This document shows, piece by piece, positions 37,743 through 47,053 of a stretch of DNA of 64,000 bases. Where the stretch lies: contig NZ_CAJTYX010000007.1 of the NCBI RefSeq assembly GCF_910583865.1, positions 12,588-76,587 on the forward strand. Reading direction: 5' to 3'. Both the position numbers and the translations under genes were made by a program. Source of the DNA: an uncultured Muribaculum sp. GTDB lineage: Bacteria; Bacteroidota; Bacteroidia; Bacteroidales; Muribaculaceae. The notes under the pieces are model-generated. The model saw nothing but the letters and a program-made list of their open reading frames with translations. It had not been told where the DNA came from and did not search any database. Every line of letters begins with the position of its first letter. Positions within the stretch are counted from its first letter, which is position 1.

Positions 37743-39056
37743 CTACTTTACGAATTCGAGCTTTACCGTCTGGTTATACTCCTTTACGGCCTTGTCACCG
37801 TCGTGGGGGTGTTGCGCGGTGAAGCGTGTGCACGTACTCTGCGAGATCTGGTCGATGTATTTGCCGCATACGGCTATCTCTGTGGCCGGACGCAGCCTTA
37901 TCTGCACCTTCTCGCACGGGTTCTTCAGGGTGAACGTACCCTCGAAGAGCACATAGATACCGTCCTTGGGATATTCGTAGTTGTAGGTCACTGTCTCGCT
38001 CCAGTTCCCGCTTGCCCCCGAAAGGCCCTCGGTGGCGGTCAGTGTCACGGTCTTTGGAGTCATGATCGGCAACCATTCTCCGCCGTCGAGATATTCGGCC
38101 ATCCAGTGGCCCGCGCAGCTCGAATATATGTGGCCGGTGAATTCAAATCGCATTGGCATCCCTGCCGGCACTTCGTCAAACGATTTGTTGCCGCACTCCA
38201 GGAGCCAGTAGTCTGTCGTGACGCATCCGCGTATCATGAGGTCGCCGTGTGTGCCGGTCTGTGTTCGCATACCTTTCCCGTCATCGGGACGGTCCGACTT
38301 GTCGGAGTTGTAGAAGCGTATCGAGCCTGTACCCGTGGTCGGGTTGGCGTATGCTTCGATAAATCCGGCTTTCGACTTCTTGAAGTTCATTGCGCCCCAT
38401 GTCTGCTTGTATTCGTCGCTGTTGGCATCTATGGCCCATTCGGTGATGAGAGTGAGATCGAGTGCGGCCTGGGTGATGGTGAGGGTATAGTTCTTTCCGT
38501 CGATCGATACGGTTATGGTTGTAGTCACGTCCTCCATGGCCTGGTTGCGCGGGAAGCTCACCTTTACATCTGTCCGGCCGTCGCCCGAGGATGGCGTGAG
38601 GACGAAGTCCGGATTGGATGCGACGGCTGTCCACGGGCCTTCTCCAAGCACGGTGAAGGCAGCTTCGGTGTCGCCGGCTTCCACGGTGATGTTCTTCACC
38701 GACACGCCTGTGGGTACTACACCTCTCTGGGTGATGTCGAAGGCTTTGGGCGTCACTCCGTCACCGATGAATTTTATGCGTCCCGTGCGGTCGTCATAGT
38801 CCTCGTTGGCGCTGACATCGATGGTGAATGTCGTCACATTGTGTTCGTTTGCCGCTTCCCTGATGGTGATCCACTCGCTGGAGTGGTTTACCACATACCT
38901 GACGTTGGAAGTGACAGTCATGGTAATGGTACCTCCGTCGGCCTTTAAGGCTGCCTCCTTGTGCGACAGTTCCATGTAAGGAGCCGCATCGTCGTCGGAG
39001 CAGGCTGTCATCATCGCTATGAGAGTGATGAAGAGTAGTCTTGAAAGGATTTTCAT
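37743..39056 (-). CDS. BACON-domain surface lipoprotein
   Basis: Lipobox MTAC-SDDD; two BACON-like repeats (VTSN...WI...N...RTG.I...ITQ). Confidence 0.8.
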   Translation of the reverse strand: MKILSRLLFITLIAMMTACSDDDAAPYMELSHKEAALKADGGTITMTVTSNVRYVVNHSSEWITIREAANEHNVTTFTIDVSANEDYDDRTGRIKFIGDGVTPKAFDITQRGVVPTGVSVKNITVEAGDTEAAFTVLGEGPWTAVASNPDFVLTPSSGDGRTDVKVSFPRNQAMEDVTTTITVSIDGKNYTLTITQAALDLTLITEWAIDANSDEYKQTWGAMNFKKSKAGFIEAYANPTTGTGSIRFYNSDKSDRPDDGKGMRTQTGTHGDLMIRGCVTTDYWLLECGNKSFDEVPAGMPMRFEFTGHIYSSCAGHWMAEYLDGGEWLPIMTPKTVTLTATEGLSGASGNWSETVTYNYEYPKDGIYVLFEGTFTLKNPCEKVQIRLRPATEIAVCGKYIDQISQSTCTRFTAQHPHDGDKAVKEYNQTVKLEFVK

Positions 39057-39086
39057 GATTTGTTTTTGAGGTTAATATTGTTTGAT

Positions 39087-41261
39087 TCATTTTCCGTTGA
39101 GAGGGGTCGACGCCGAGGCCTCAAGGGCATCTGTCGCGGCGTCGATCTTTGCAAGGCACATGTGTCGGAACTCCTTCCAGTCGTAGCACTGTCCCTTCTT
39201 CGTTGAGGTGAGGGGGAACGACAGCGCTTTCCCGTTGAGGAGCACTTTCACGAGCACGCGCTGATTGTCGGGACGCCGGAAGAAAACGAAGCTTACCTTC
39301 GAGGCCATGGGTATGCGCCATGTCTGCCAGAAATCTTTTACATCGTCGAGATTATCGGTGACTTGGCCCCATGAGTCGGCTTCGAGCAGGGCGAGGAGAG
39401 CCATCATGCAGCCGTCGTGGCCGAAGCGCATGCGTGCTCCGCGTCGTCCGGCAGCGAGATCGTCGTCGGCGTTTGCCACGATGTTGTCGAGCATGCGTGC
39501 CGCCTGCTGCCAACCCCGGCCGAGGTTTACGGCGTGGCGTCCTTTCTGCATGTACTGTCTTACATTGTCGGCTTCCCACATGGCCTCGGTTTCCACGGGT
39601 GTAAACAGCTCGGAGAATGACTCCGGACGGTCGAGCGCTGGAGCGGCGTTGGACAGGGTGAACATAGCCTCGCACAGCTTTACGGCATCGAAGCGTGCGG
39701 CGGCACTGTCGGGCCGGACAAATATGCGGGCAAGCCATGCGGGAAGGTCGACATGGGTGCTTACGAAGTCGCGCCATAACGGATACCATCGTCCTGAGCT
39801 TGAACGCATCTCCTCGTCGATGGGGAGCTTGGTGGGACAGTCGTTGGCATATGGATTGAGCCATATATGATAGCGGCTGCTGACATCGCCCGACACCTTA
39901 ACTCCGGGACATAGGCGCCCTACAGCTCCGTTGAATGCCTCCATTGACCGGGCCGTGCGCATCACATTGGTAGACTGGGACCGGACGATGGCGCCGGGGG
40001 CCAACACCTCGGGATATTCCCGGAGGAGTTTTGCAGCATAAGCTTCCCACTGGCGCGCTCCGGCGGCGGTGAGGTCGCCCGTGCGCATCTTTACCGACGG
40101 CCACAGGGCATGCAGGCGGTCGAGAATGATGCTTCCGAGTGGTGTGAGCAGCCGGGTGGAGTCGCCCCATTCAAGGACCTCTTTCACGAGCGGGAGCACC
40201 GGGGCGCTGTCGATGTGGCGTATGCCGTGGCGGCAGTATGTGCTGATCATGAAAGGGACGTAGCCTTCGGGTGCCGTGCGGTCCTCCACCTCTGTGAACG
40301 GGTCAACGCGGTATGTGCCGCGCCACAAGGTGGGATCCGGCATCTCGGGCAGAGTCACTGAGTAGATGAGCGCACTGTTGGTGTTGACGAGCATCCTGTC
40401 GCCGTCGACCATCAGCGCCTCGCACTCCTGGCGGATGAGGCTGTCGAGATCCACACGTGCTGTCACACATCGGCTGTCGAGGTCGTAGACACGGATTTTG
40501 GAGGTAGTGGCCGGATATTTGTCACCGAATCCGAAAGAGTAGAAGATTTTGCCATCATGGATGCACCCCGACTGTGTGGCATATGCGTCCATGTCGAACA
40601 CGGCTTGCTCAACCACATCGTCGGCACCGAGCCTCACGAATTTTCCTTCGGAAATCGCGGGCAGCCGGAAGCGCGTGGCCACAAGCTTGTTGTGGGCGAA
40701 TGTCGGCATCGCGGCCGGCACAGTGCGCACTCTTCCCGAGAGAACCCACAGCGAGACTCTTTCCCTGTCGATGAGCCATGATGGTGCGCCGAATATGGTG
40801 TTAAGCTCGCTCTTGGCCCATCCTGCGGTGTCAAGTTCGATAGTCTGCACAAGGCTCGAACTCCATTTGCCATCCTTGCGGCTTACGCTCTCCACATGGC
40901 ATCGCATGTCGAGGGCGCTTTTGGGCTGCGCCACAGAGAGGTATATCACCGGCATCTCCGCGCCAGGAAGTCGCTCTATGCCGAAATTGGCCTGGTTGCA
41001 ATGGTTGGCCGGTGATGATGACTCCACATCGAACTCTCCTGCATTGCGGAGAGAGCCGCTACTGCGGTCGTAGACCGTGCAGTGACCTCCGTGCTCGAAT
41101 GCCAGCAAAAGGTCGCCCCACAGGGCCATCCCTTGCTGTGAACGGCGTGAGGCATCCTTGGTGTAGGCTACCTCGCATCGAGTGTCGGCCGCACGGGACT
41201 CCTGGGGCGGCATCCCGGTAATGACGCCGGCAAGCAGCAGATATGTCAGTCCTTTCTTCAT
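39087..41261 (-). CDS. Beta-propeller + histidine acid phosphatase fusion
   Basis: C-terminal half has RHGIRH, RTARS and RFGHD. The N-terminal ~290 aa have a repeat-like beta pattern (QGMA...HCN...QSG..DGKIFY...ECE). Signal peptide present. Confidence 0.8.
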   Translation of the reverse strand: MKKGLTYLLLAGVITGMPPQESRAADTRCEVAYTKDASRRSQQGMALWGDLLLAFEHGGHCTVYDRSSGSLRNAGEFDVESSSPANHCNQANFGIERLPGAEMPVIYLSVAQPKSALDMRCHVESVSRKDGKWSSSLVQTIELDTAGWAKSELNTIFGAPSWLIDRERVSLWVLSGRVRTVPAAMPTFAHNKLVATRFRLPAISEGKFVRLGADDVVEQAVFDMDAYATQSGCIHDGKIFYSFGFGDKYPATTSKIRVYDLDSRCVTARVDLDSLIRQECEALMVDGDRMLVNTNSALIYSVTLPEMPDPTLWRGTYRVDPFTEVEDRTAPEGYVPFMISTYCRHGIRHIDSAPVLPLVKEVLEWGDSTRLLTPLGSIILDRLHALWPSVKMRTGDLTAAGARQWEAYAAKLLREYPEVLAPGAIVRSQSTNVMRTARSMEAFNGAVGRLCPGVKVSGDVSSRYHIWLNPYANDCPTKLPIDEEMRSSSGRWYPLWRDFVSTHVDLPAWLARIFVRPDSAAARFDAVKLCEAMFTLSNAAPALDRPESFSELFTPVETEAMWEADNVRQYMQKGRHAVNLGRGWQQAARMLDNIVANADDDLAAGRRGARMRFGHDGCMMALLALLEADSWGQVTDNLDDVKDFWQTWRIPMASKVSFVFFRRPDNQRVLVKVLLNGKALSFPLTSTKKGQCYDWKEFRHMCLAKIDAATDALEASASTPLNGK

Positions 41262-42985
41262 GCGGTGACAACCTTTTTATTGCGTGAATCTACCATTCGG
41301 TATGCCAGATATATGATTATGAGCGACGCTATGATGATGCACGTGGCGGTCATTATGCAGCGCACCGCCGGATCGTAGACCTCGGTGCACATGAGATACA
41401 CGAGCAGCAGGGCAATCGCGCCGAGCGTCACGAGGAAGCAGTTGACGGCCATGAAGGAGTAGGACTTCACAGCGCTCCGCGTGGCCTCGTCGGGCTGTAG
41501 GTCGGCGCTCTTGTCCTCCATGGCGGCTACCTTTGTATAGCCGGGGCATACGTATCCTTTCATGTAGCCTCGCAATTGTAGCGCCGCCATGAGGGCGACC
41601 GGCAGGAGGAGTCCTACGGTGGCTTCAAGCACCTGGTTGTTGACTATCCCGGCAAGGGTGAACTTCATGGTGATGCCTATCGCGTAGGTGGCGAGCATCG
41701 ACCATATTACCTGACGACCGTTGATGCGGCTCGACAGCAGACCCCACACCGAGGGGATGAAAAGAGGTGCGATCACCATGGTAAGGATTGTCACCACCAC
41801 ACGCTCCGCGCCTCCCATAAGCGGGATGAGCAATGCTATGGCGATTATGGCTACGCCGAATGCGAGCGTGAACAGACGTCCGGCCTTGATAAGCGTCCGA
41901 TCCTTGGCCTGCGGATGGGCAGCCCCGTATATCTGATAGGTGAACACGTTTGCATAGACGTTGAGCGTGCCCGACACGCAGCTGAGTGTGGCCGAGATCA
42001 TCGCTGCGAGCATCACACCGAGCATCCCTTTCATGAGCACCGTCTGGCTCATGAGTATGTAGGCTTGCTCGGGATTGGCCTCGGGATTTATGGTGCGGTA
42101 GACCATGGCGGGGAGATACCACAGGATAGGGGTGAGGAGATACAGCACTCCGACGAGGTAATTGCTGCGACGGGCATCGCGCGCGGTGGGGACACTGATG
42201 TAGCGCTGCACGAAAGGCCAGTCGCCGCCCATCTGGAAGATGTTCAGCCCCGTCCACAGCAGAAGCCATATCCATGGATATTCTCCGGAGGAGAGGTCGA
42301 AGTAGGTGGATGGGAGCGACGGAGAGTTGATGAAATTGTCGACTCCTCCTATTGTGTGGAGCGATAGCGGAATCATGAACAGCACAACGGTGATGAGCAC
42401 GCCGAACTGTATGACATCGGTCATGAGTACGGCGAGGAAACCGCCCGCGATAGTGTAGACAAGAGTGATGACCCCAAGGATTACCACTGCCCACGCTATG
42501 GAAAGGTGGCCCGAGGCGTCGGCGAGGAAGTGTCCTTCCGGAAGAATCATCAGCGTCGACATCACCACGGCTATGGCGTAGAGGGCCACGCCGGTGTGAA
42601 CGCCGCGCCCGATTATCCCCGCTATGGTGTAGAAATCGACGGTGGTCTTGCCGAAGCGTACCGCTATGAAATCGCCCGGAGAGTTGATTTTTATCTGTCG
42701 CCATTTGCCGGCGAGCCATCGTCCGGTCACCAGGCATGCCACTCCTACGAGGTTGCCGATGATGACAGCCACGATGCCTGAGCGGTAGGCCACACCTCCC
42801 CACACCACGAATGTGCTTGCCGAGAATATGGTCATGTAGGTCGACATCCCCGACAGCCACCATGAGGAGCTGCGGCCGGCGATGAACATGTCCTCCGAAC
42901 TTTTTATGCGGCGCGACATGAGCCAGCTGACGGCGATCAGCCCGAGGAAATAAAGGAACAATACTATGTAATTCAGTGAATCCAT
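41258..42985 (-). CDS. Sodium:solute symporter (SSS family)
   Basis: Multi-TM; FIAGRS, SASTFV, YTIAGGFLAVLMTDVIQF, VQRYIS, AAMISATLS. Confidence 0.92.
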   Translation of the reverse strand: MDSLNYIVLFLYFLGLIAVSWLMSRRIKSSEDMFIAGRSSSWWLSGMSTYMTIFSASTFVVWGGVAYRSGIVAVIIGNLVGVACLVTGRWLAGKWRQIKINSPGDFIAVRFGKTTVDFYTIAGIIGRGVHTGVALYAIAVVMSTLMILPEGHFLADASGHLSIAWAVVILGVITLVYTIAGGFLAVLMTDVIQFGVLITVVLFMIPLSLHTIGGVDNFINSPSLPSTYFDLSSGEYPWIWLLLWTGLNIFQMGGDWPFVQRYISVPTARDARRSNYLVGVLYLLTPILWYLPAMVYRTINPEANPEQAYILMSQTVLMKGMLGVMLAAMISATLSCVSGTLNVYANVFTYQIYGAAHPQAKDRTLIKAGRLFTLAFGVAIIAIALLIPLMGGAERVVVTILTMVIAPLFIPSVWGLLSSRINGRQVIWSMLATYAIGITMKFTLAGIVNNQVLEATVGLLLPVALMAALQLRGYMKGYVCPGYTKVAAMEDKSADLQPDEATRSAVKSYSFMAVNCFLVTLGAIALLLVYLMCTEVYDPAVRCIMTATCIIIASLIIIYLAYRMVDSRNKKVVTA

Positions 42986-43000
42986 GGCATTCGGTTGGTG

Positions 43001-44050
43001 TTATGGATTGATTCTGACTGCGGCCTTTACGATGTTGGCCTTGTCGCTGACGCTTCGGTCCATGGCTTCCTGTATGTCGCACAGGTCGAATATGTGCGTG
43101 GCTACATCCTTTAGGTTCACACGTCCCTTGGCCACAGCCTCTATGGCCATAGGATAGATGTGGCGGTAGCGGAACACACTCTTGAACGTGAGTTCTTTGT
43201 CAATGAATAGCGATATGGGCAGGGTGAGTTCCCCGGTCTTGCTATAGCCCACGAGCACTATCGTGGAACCTTTGCGTGCCACCTCGATGGCCTGGCGTGT
43301 GGTGATTTCAGTGCCTGCGGTCTCGATTGACAAGTCGATGCCCTCGCCTCCGGTAAGTTCGGCGATACGTTCCACCGTATTCTCTTGCGCCGCGTTGACT
43401 ACGGCGGAGGCGCCTAACTTCAACGCTTTTTCAAGACGCTTCGGCATTACATCGACTACGATTATCTCCGACACGCCCTCGGCTTTTAGGGCCATCATGC
43501 ACACCAGTCCTATGCATCCGGCTCCGAACACCACTGCTTTCTGCCCGGCATGCGCTCCCCCCTGGTTGGCGGCATGGAATCCTATCGCCAACGGTTCGAT
43601 AAGGGCGCCTTCAAGATTGCTTACGTTGTCAGGGAGCTTGAAGCAGAGGTCGGCGGGATGGACGGCATACTCCTGGAACACGCCGTCGACCGGAGGAGTG
43701 GCGAAGAACACCACGTCGGGACAGAGATTGTATTTGCCTTCGCGGCAATAGCGGCAGTGGCCGCATGTCTTTCCCGGTTCGAGGGCCACACGGTCGCCGA
43801 GACTCAGGCCGTTGACCCCTTCTCCGAGGGCCACCACCTCTCCGGCGGCTTCATGTCCGAGCACGAAGGGAGGCTCCACGATGTAGTTGCCGATACGTCC
43901 GCTTTCATAATAATGTATGTCGGACCCGCAGATTCCCACGTAGTCGATTTTCACAAGTACCTCACCTTTTGCAGGGACCGGGACAGGACGTTTGATGAGT
44001 CCCATTTTCCCGATGCCGTTCATCACGGCCACGTTCATGTTTTCTTTCAT
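43001..44050 (-). CDS. Zn-dependent polyol (sorbitol/xylitol/iditol-type) dehydrogenase
   Basis: GICGSD, GHE, CxxCxxC...C structural Zn site, FATPP, EPLA, GAGCIG, FRY. Confidence 0.9.
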   Translation of the reverse strand: MKENMNVAVMNGIGKMGLIKRPVPVPAKGEVLVKIDYVGICGSDIHYYESGRIGNYIVEPPFVLGHEAAGEVVALGEGVNGLSLGDRVALEPGKTCGHCRYCREGKYNLCPDVVFFATPPVDGVFQEYAVHPADLCFKLPDNVSNLEGALIEPLAIGFHAANQGGAHAGQKAVVFGAGCIGLVCMMALKAEGVSEIIVVDVMPKRLEKALKLGASAVVNAAQENTVERIAELTGGEGIDLSIETAGTEITTRQAIEVARKGSTIVLVGYSKTGELTLPISLFIDKELTFKSVFRYRHIYPMAIEAVAKGRVNLKDVATHIFDLCDIQEAMDRSVSDKANIVKAAVRINP

Positions 44051-44151
44051 GATATATTTTCAGAAATGTTAAATGTCTGATTGGTAGAATTTATGACATA
44101 AAATTATAAAGCCTCGCGACTTCATGGAAATGATTTAACGCTTTTATTTTT

Positions 44152-44258
44152 CGCAACCGTTCCCGCAATCGGTTGCGGTTTCCTCAATCGGTTGCGGTGC
44201 CGGGTTAGGCGCAGGGGTGTAAGACCTCAACCGTTTGCGGACTGCGCAACCGTTCCCG
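44152..44258. promoter_or_regulatory. Five putative LacI-family operators
   Basis: cgcaaccgttcccg (44152, 44245), cgcaatcggttgcg (44164), ctcaatcggttgcg (44183), ctcaaccgtttgcg (44226): CG-centred pseudo-palindromes. Confidence 0.75.
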
Positions 44259-44314
44259 ATACGCCTCTTGTTCGCTTTTTTCCTGAACTTGATTTTTTAT
44301 TAGTGGAATTTGCC

Positions 44315-44322
44315 TAAATTTG
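44315..44322 (+). promoter_or_regulatory. -7 element TAAATTTG for the LacI gene
   Basis: Matches TAnnTTTG ~75 bp before ATG 44395. Confidence 0.55.
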
Positions 44323-44394
44323 ACATGGACAAATAGGCGTGAATTCCTCCCGGAATGGAATATCAGGGCCTCCGAATTCAAAATCTGATATCTG

Positions 44395-45414
44395 ATGCGA
44401 TACGTTACAATAAAAGATATAGCGGACGCGCTCGGCATTTCCAAGTCGAGCGTATCACGTGCTCTGGCGGGAGATATACGCAACGTCAGTCCGTCGACTA
44501 TTGAACGCGTCCGCGCCAAGGCGCTGGAGATGGGATATCGTCGTAATATGACGGCTGTGAATCTTCGCGCCAAGGCCAACAAGATCATAGGCATAATAGT
44601 GCCTGAGATAACCACGCCCTTTTCGATGGCTTTCGTCACGACGGTGCAAGAAGCAGTGCAGCCGCTCGGCTACAGGGTGCTGATCGCCGTTTCGAGCGAG
44701 GATCCTGCGCGCGAACGACAGAATCTCGACATGTTCGAGAACGGGCGTGTCGACGGGCTGCTGGTGTCGGTTACCCATAATCTGGCCAACCGCGACCATT
44801 TTGAGAATCTGGTCCGCTCCAATTTCCCTATAGTGTTTTTCGACCGTACCATACGCGACCTTCAATGCTCGTCGGTCTGTTCCAACGACGGACTTATGTC
44901 GTTCTTCCTTGTAGAGCATCTCATACGCAGCGGTCGTCGGCGCATAGTGAACCTTGCCGGGCCGTCATACATAGAAAACTCGCGTGCGCGTTCGCAGGGA
45001 TACCGCGAGGCGCTTGAGAAATTCCACATACCTGTCGACCGCCGTCTTGTTGTGTCGACCGGTGGAGTGTCGGTTGAGGATGGCGCGTCTGCCGTGGAAC
45101 GCTTGCTTGACGGAGGCATAGACTTCGATGCAATATACTGCTTTACCGAGACGCAGGCTCTCGGGGCAAAACGTACGCTTCAGGAACGTAATATCGTGAT
45201 TCCGCAGGATGTGGCCATATGTACCATGTCCGGCACCGAGCTGTCGTCGTTCGTCTATCCGCAGATTACGGCAGTGGAGCAGAACGTGGTTGAGATGGCC
45301 CGCATTGCCGTGCGTCTGCTTTTGGAGAAGATCGACATACCGAGCGCACCACAGCAGAACATCACGCTCCACTCGTCGCTGATTGTGCGCGGCTCTACCA
45401 CTTCGGAAGAATAA
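44395..45414 (+). CDS. LacI family transcriptional regulator
   Basis: VTIKDIADALGISKSSVSRAL HTH; IGIIVP, VFFDR, IPQDV, LIVRGST. Confidence 0.95.
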   Translation: MRYVTIKDIADALGISKSSVSRALAGDIRNVSPSTIERVRAKALEMGYRRNMTAVNLRAKANKIIGIIVPEITTPFSMAFVTTVQEAVQPLGYRVLIAVSSEDPARERQNLDMFENGRVDGLLVSVTHNLANRDHFENLVRSNFPIVFFDRTIRDLQCSSVCSNDGLMSFFLVEHLIRSGRRRIVNLAGPSYIENSRARSQGYREALEKFHIPVDRRLVVSTGGVSVEDGASAVERLLDGGIDFDAIYCFTETQALGAKRTLQERNIVIPQDVAICTMSGTELSSFVYPQITAVEQNVVEMARIAVRLLLEKIDIPSAPQQNITLHSSLIVRGSTTSEE

Positions 45415-45435
45415 TCATTGACAGAAATAAAGAAT

Positions 45436-47016
45436 ATGAGAACTTTATTAGCTACGATGCTTTCGGTGGCGGCAATGGGAGCATTCGCTGAAACCGTCGT
45501 CGAGGGAACAGTATCGACCCTCTCCGGCGAGCCTTTGCAGTCGGTAGCAGTGTCCGACGGGCATAATGTGGTGATGACCGATGCCGACGGGCGTTACCGG
45601 CTTTCATCACCGCTTGATCTCGGTTACGTGTTCGTGTCGTCGCCCGACGGTTTCGAACCTGCGGAGATGATAGCCAACCGTCCGAAGTTCTGGCAACAAG
45701 TGTCACCGGGGAAGGATGTCCGCGCGGATTTCCGGCTCAGGAAATTACCCGTCGACTCGTCGCTTGCCGTGATAGCAGTGGCCGATCTCCAGATTTCCAA
45801 CCGTGCCGGTGACCGCGAGCGCCTGCGCGGACTATATGTGCCGGATATGAACCGCGCCGTAGATTCGCTCCGGCAGCGCGGACTTAGTCCTATAGTCATC
45901 ACGCTTGGCGACCAGACGTGCGACCACTACTGGTATGACAACAATTATGGTTTGTCGGACTTCAACGCCGACTTCACTGTAGCCGCGCCCGTCTACCATA
46001 CTATGGGCAACCACGACAACGACCCTTATTTCGAGGGCGATATTCCGGGTGCATCAACCTGGCACAAGGTGAACGGCCCGTCATATTATTCGTTCAACCG
46101 TGGAGGATGCCATTTCGTGGTGCTTGACAATATACTTTACAGAAACGAGGGTGCTACGCCGGGCCATCACGGCAAACGCAACTATCGCACCGGTATTACA
46201 TCCGAGCAGCTCGATTGGCTTGAGCGCGACCTTGCCACGGTGTCCGACAAGTCGACTCCGCTGTTCCTTACCATGCATGGCATATTGCTCAGCTATCCGG
46301 TGGCCGACGGTGACACCGTGAAGAGCGTCTATCGCATGACCGACGGCGGCTCGCGTCTTGATTCGCTGCTTGCACCGTTCAGCCGTGTCAACGTACTCTC
46401 CGGGCATGCACACAACAGCCATTTCCAGCACACCCCCGACGGACGCATACGCGAATACAACTATCAGGCGGCATGCGGCACGTGGTGGCCTGCCAAAATC
46501 AAGCCGGCGCAGCCCAACTTCTGGATGGGGTGTGACGGTGCTCCCTGGGGGTATGCCATATGGGACTTCTCGACACCAGAACCTTTGCATACCTACAAGG
46601 GGTTTGCCATGAGTCCGGACTATCAGATGCGGATCTACGACCTTAATTGCATGGAAATCGGCGATACGACAATCACGAAAGAATATATGCCCGGCGCCCG
46701 GGCCAACCGCAACGTGATCCTGGCCAACGTGTGGGCCTATGAGCCCGGGTGCAAGGTGCGTATATTGGAGGATGGACGTGATCTTGAGGTGACACGTGTG
46801 AAAGCCCGCGATCCGCTCCACTTTATGCTACGTGCCATACCGCTGACGGCTGCCGGGGTCAATGTCAATAAGGCGTTGATGCCCGAGAACACGGCCCACA
46901 TGTTCCGTGCGCGTGCCTCTCGTCCCGATACCCCGGTGACCGTCGAGTTTACCGACCTTAATGGGCGCACTTTCACCACTACGCTCTCTCGTCCGGCGCC
47001 CCCTTCAATCAAGTGA
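45436..47016 (+). CDS. Calcineurin-like metallophosphoesterase (Sec signal peptide)
   Basis: AFA-E cleavage site; ADLQ, LGD, MGNHDND, MHG, SGHAH; close paralog of 29818..31458. Confidence 0.9.
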   Translation: MRTLLATMLSVAAMGAFAETVVEGTVSTLSGEPLQSVAVSDGHNVVMTDADGRYRLSSPLDLGYVFVSSPDGFEPAEMIANRPKFWQQVSPGKDVRADFRLRKLPVDSSLAVIAVADLQISNRAGDRERLRGLYVPDMNRAVDSLRQRGLSPIVITLGDQTCDHYWYDNNYGLSDFNADFTVAAPVYHTMGNHDNDPYFEGDIPGASTWHKVNGPSYYSFNRGGCHFVVLDNILYRNEGATPGHHGKRNYRTGITSEQLDWLERDLATVSDKSTPLFLTMHGILLSYPVADGDTVKSVYRMTDGGSRLDSLLAPFSRVNVLSGHAHNSHFQHTPDGRIREYNYQAACGTWWPAKIKPAQPNFWMGCDGAPWGYAIWDFSTPEPLHTYKGFAMSPDYQMRIYDLNCMEIGDTTITKEYMPGARANRNVILANVWAYEPGCKVRILEDGRDLEVTRVKARDPLHFMLRAIPLTAAGVNVNKALMPENTAHMFRARASRPDTPVTVEFTDLNGRTFTTTLSRPAPPSIK

Positions 47017-47053
47017 GATGTAGGAGTTGTGTATGGATACTGAACGTTTTCCT

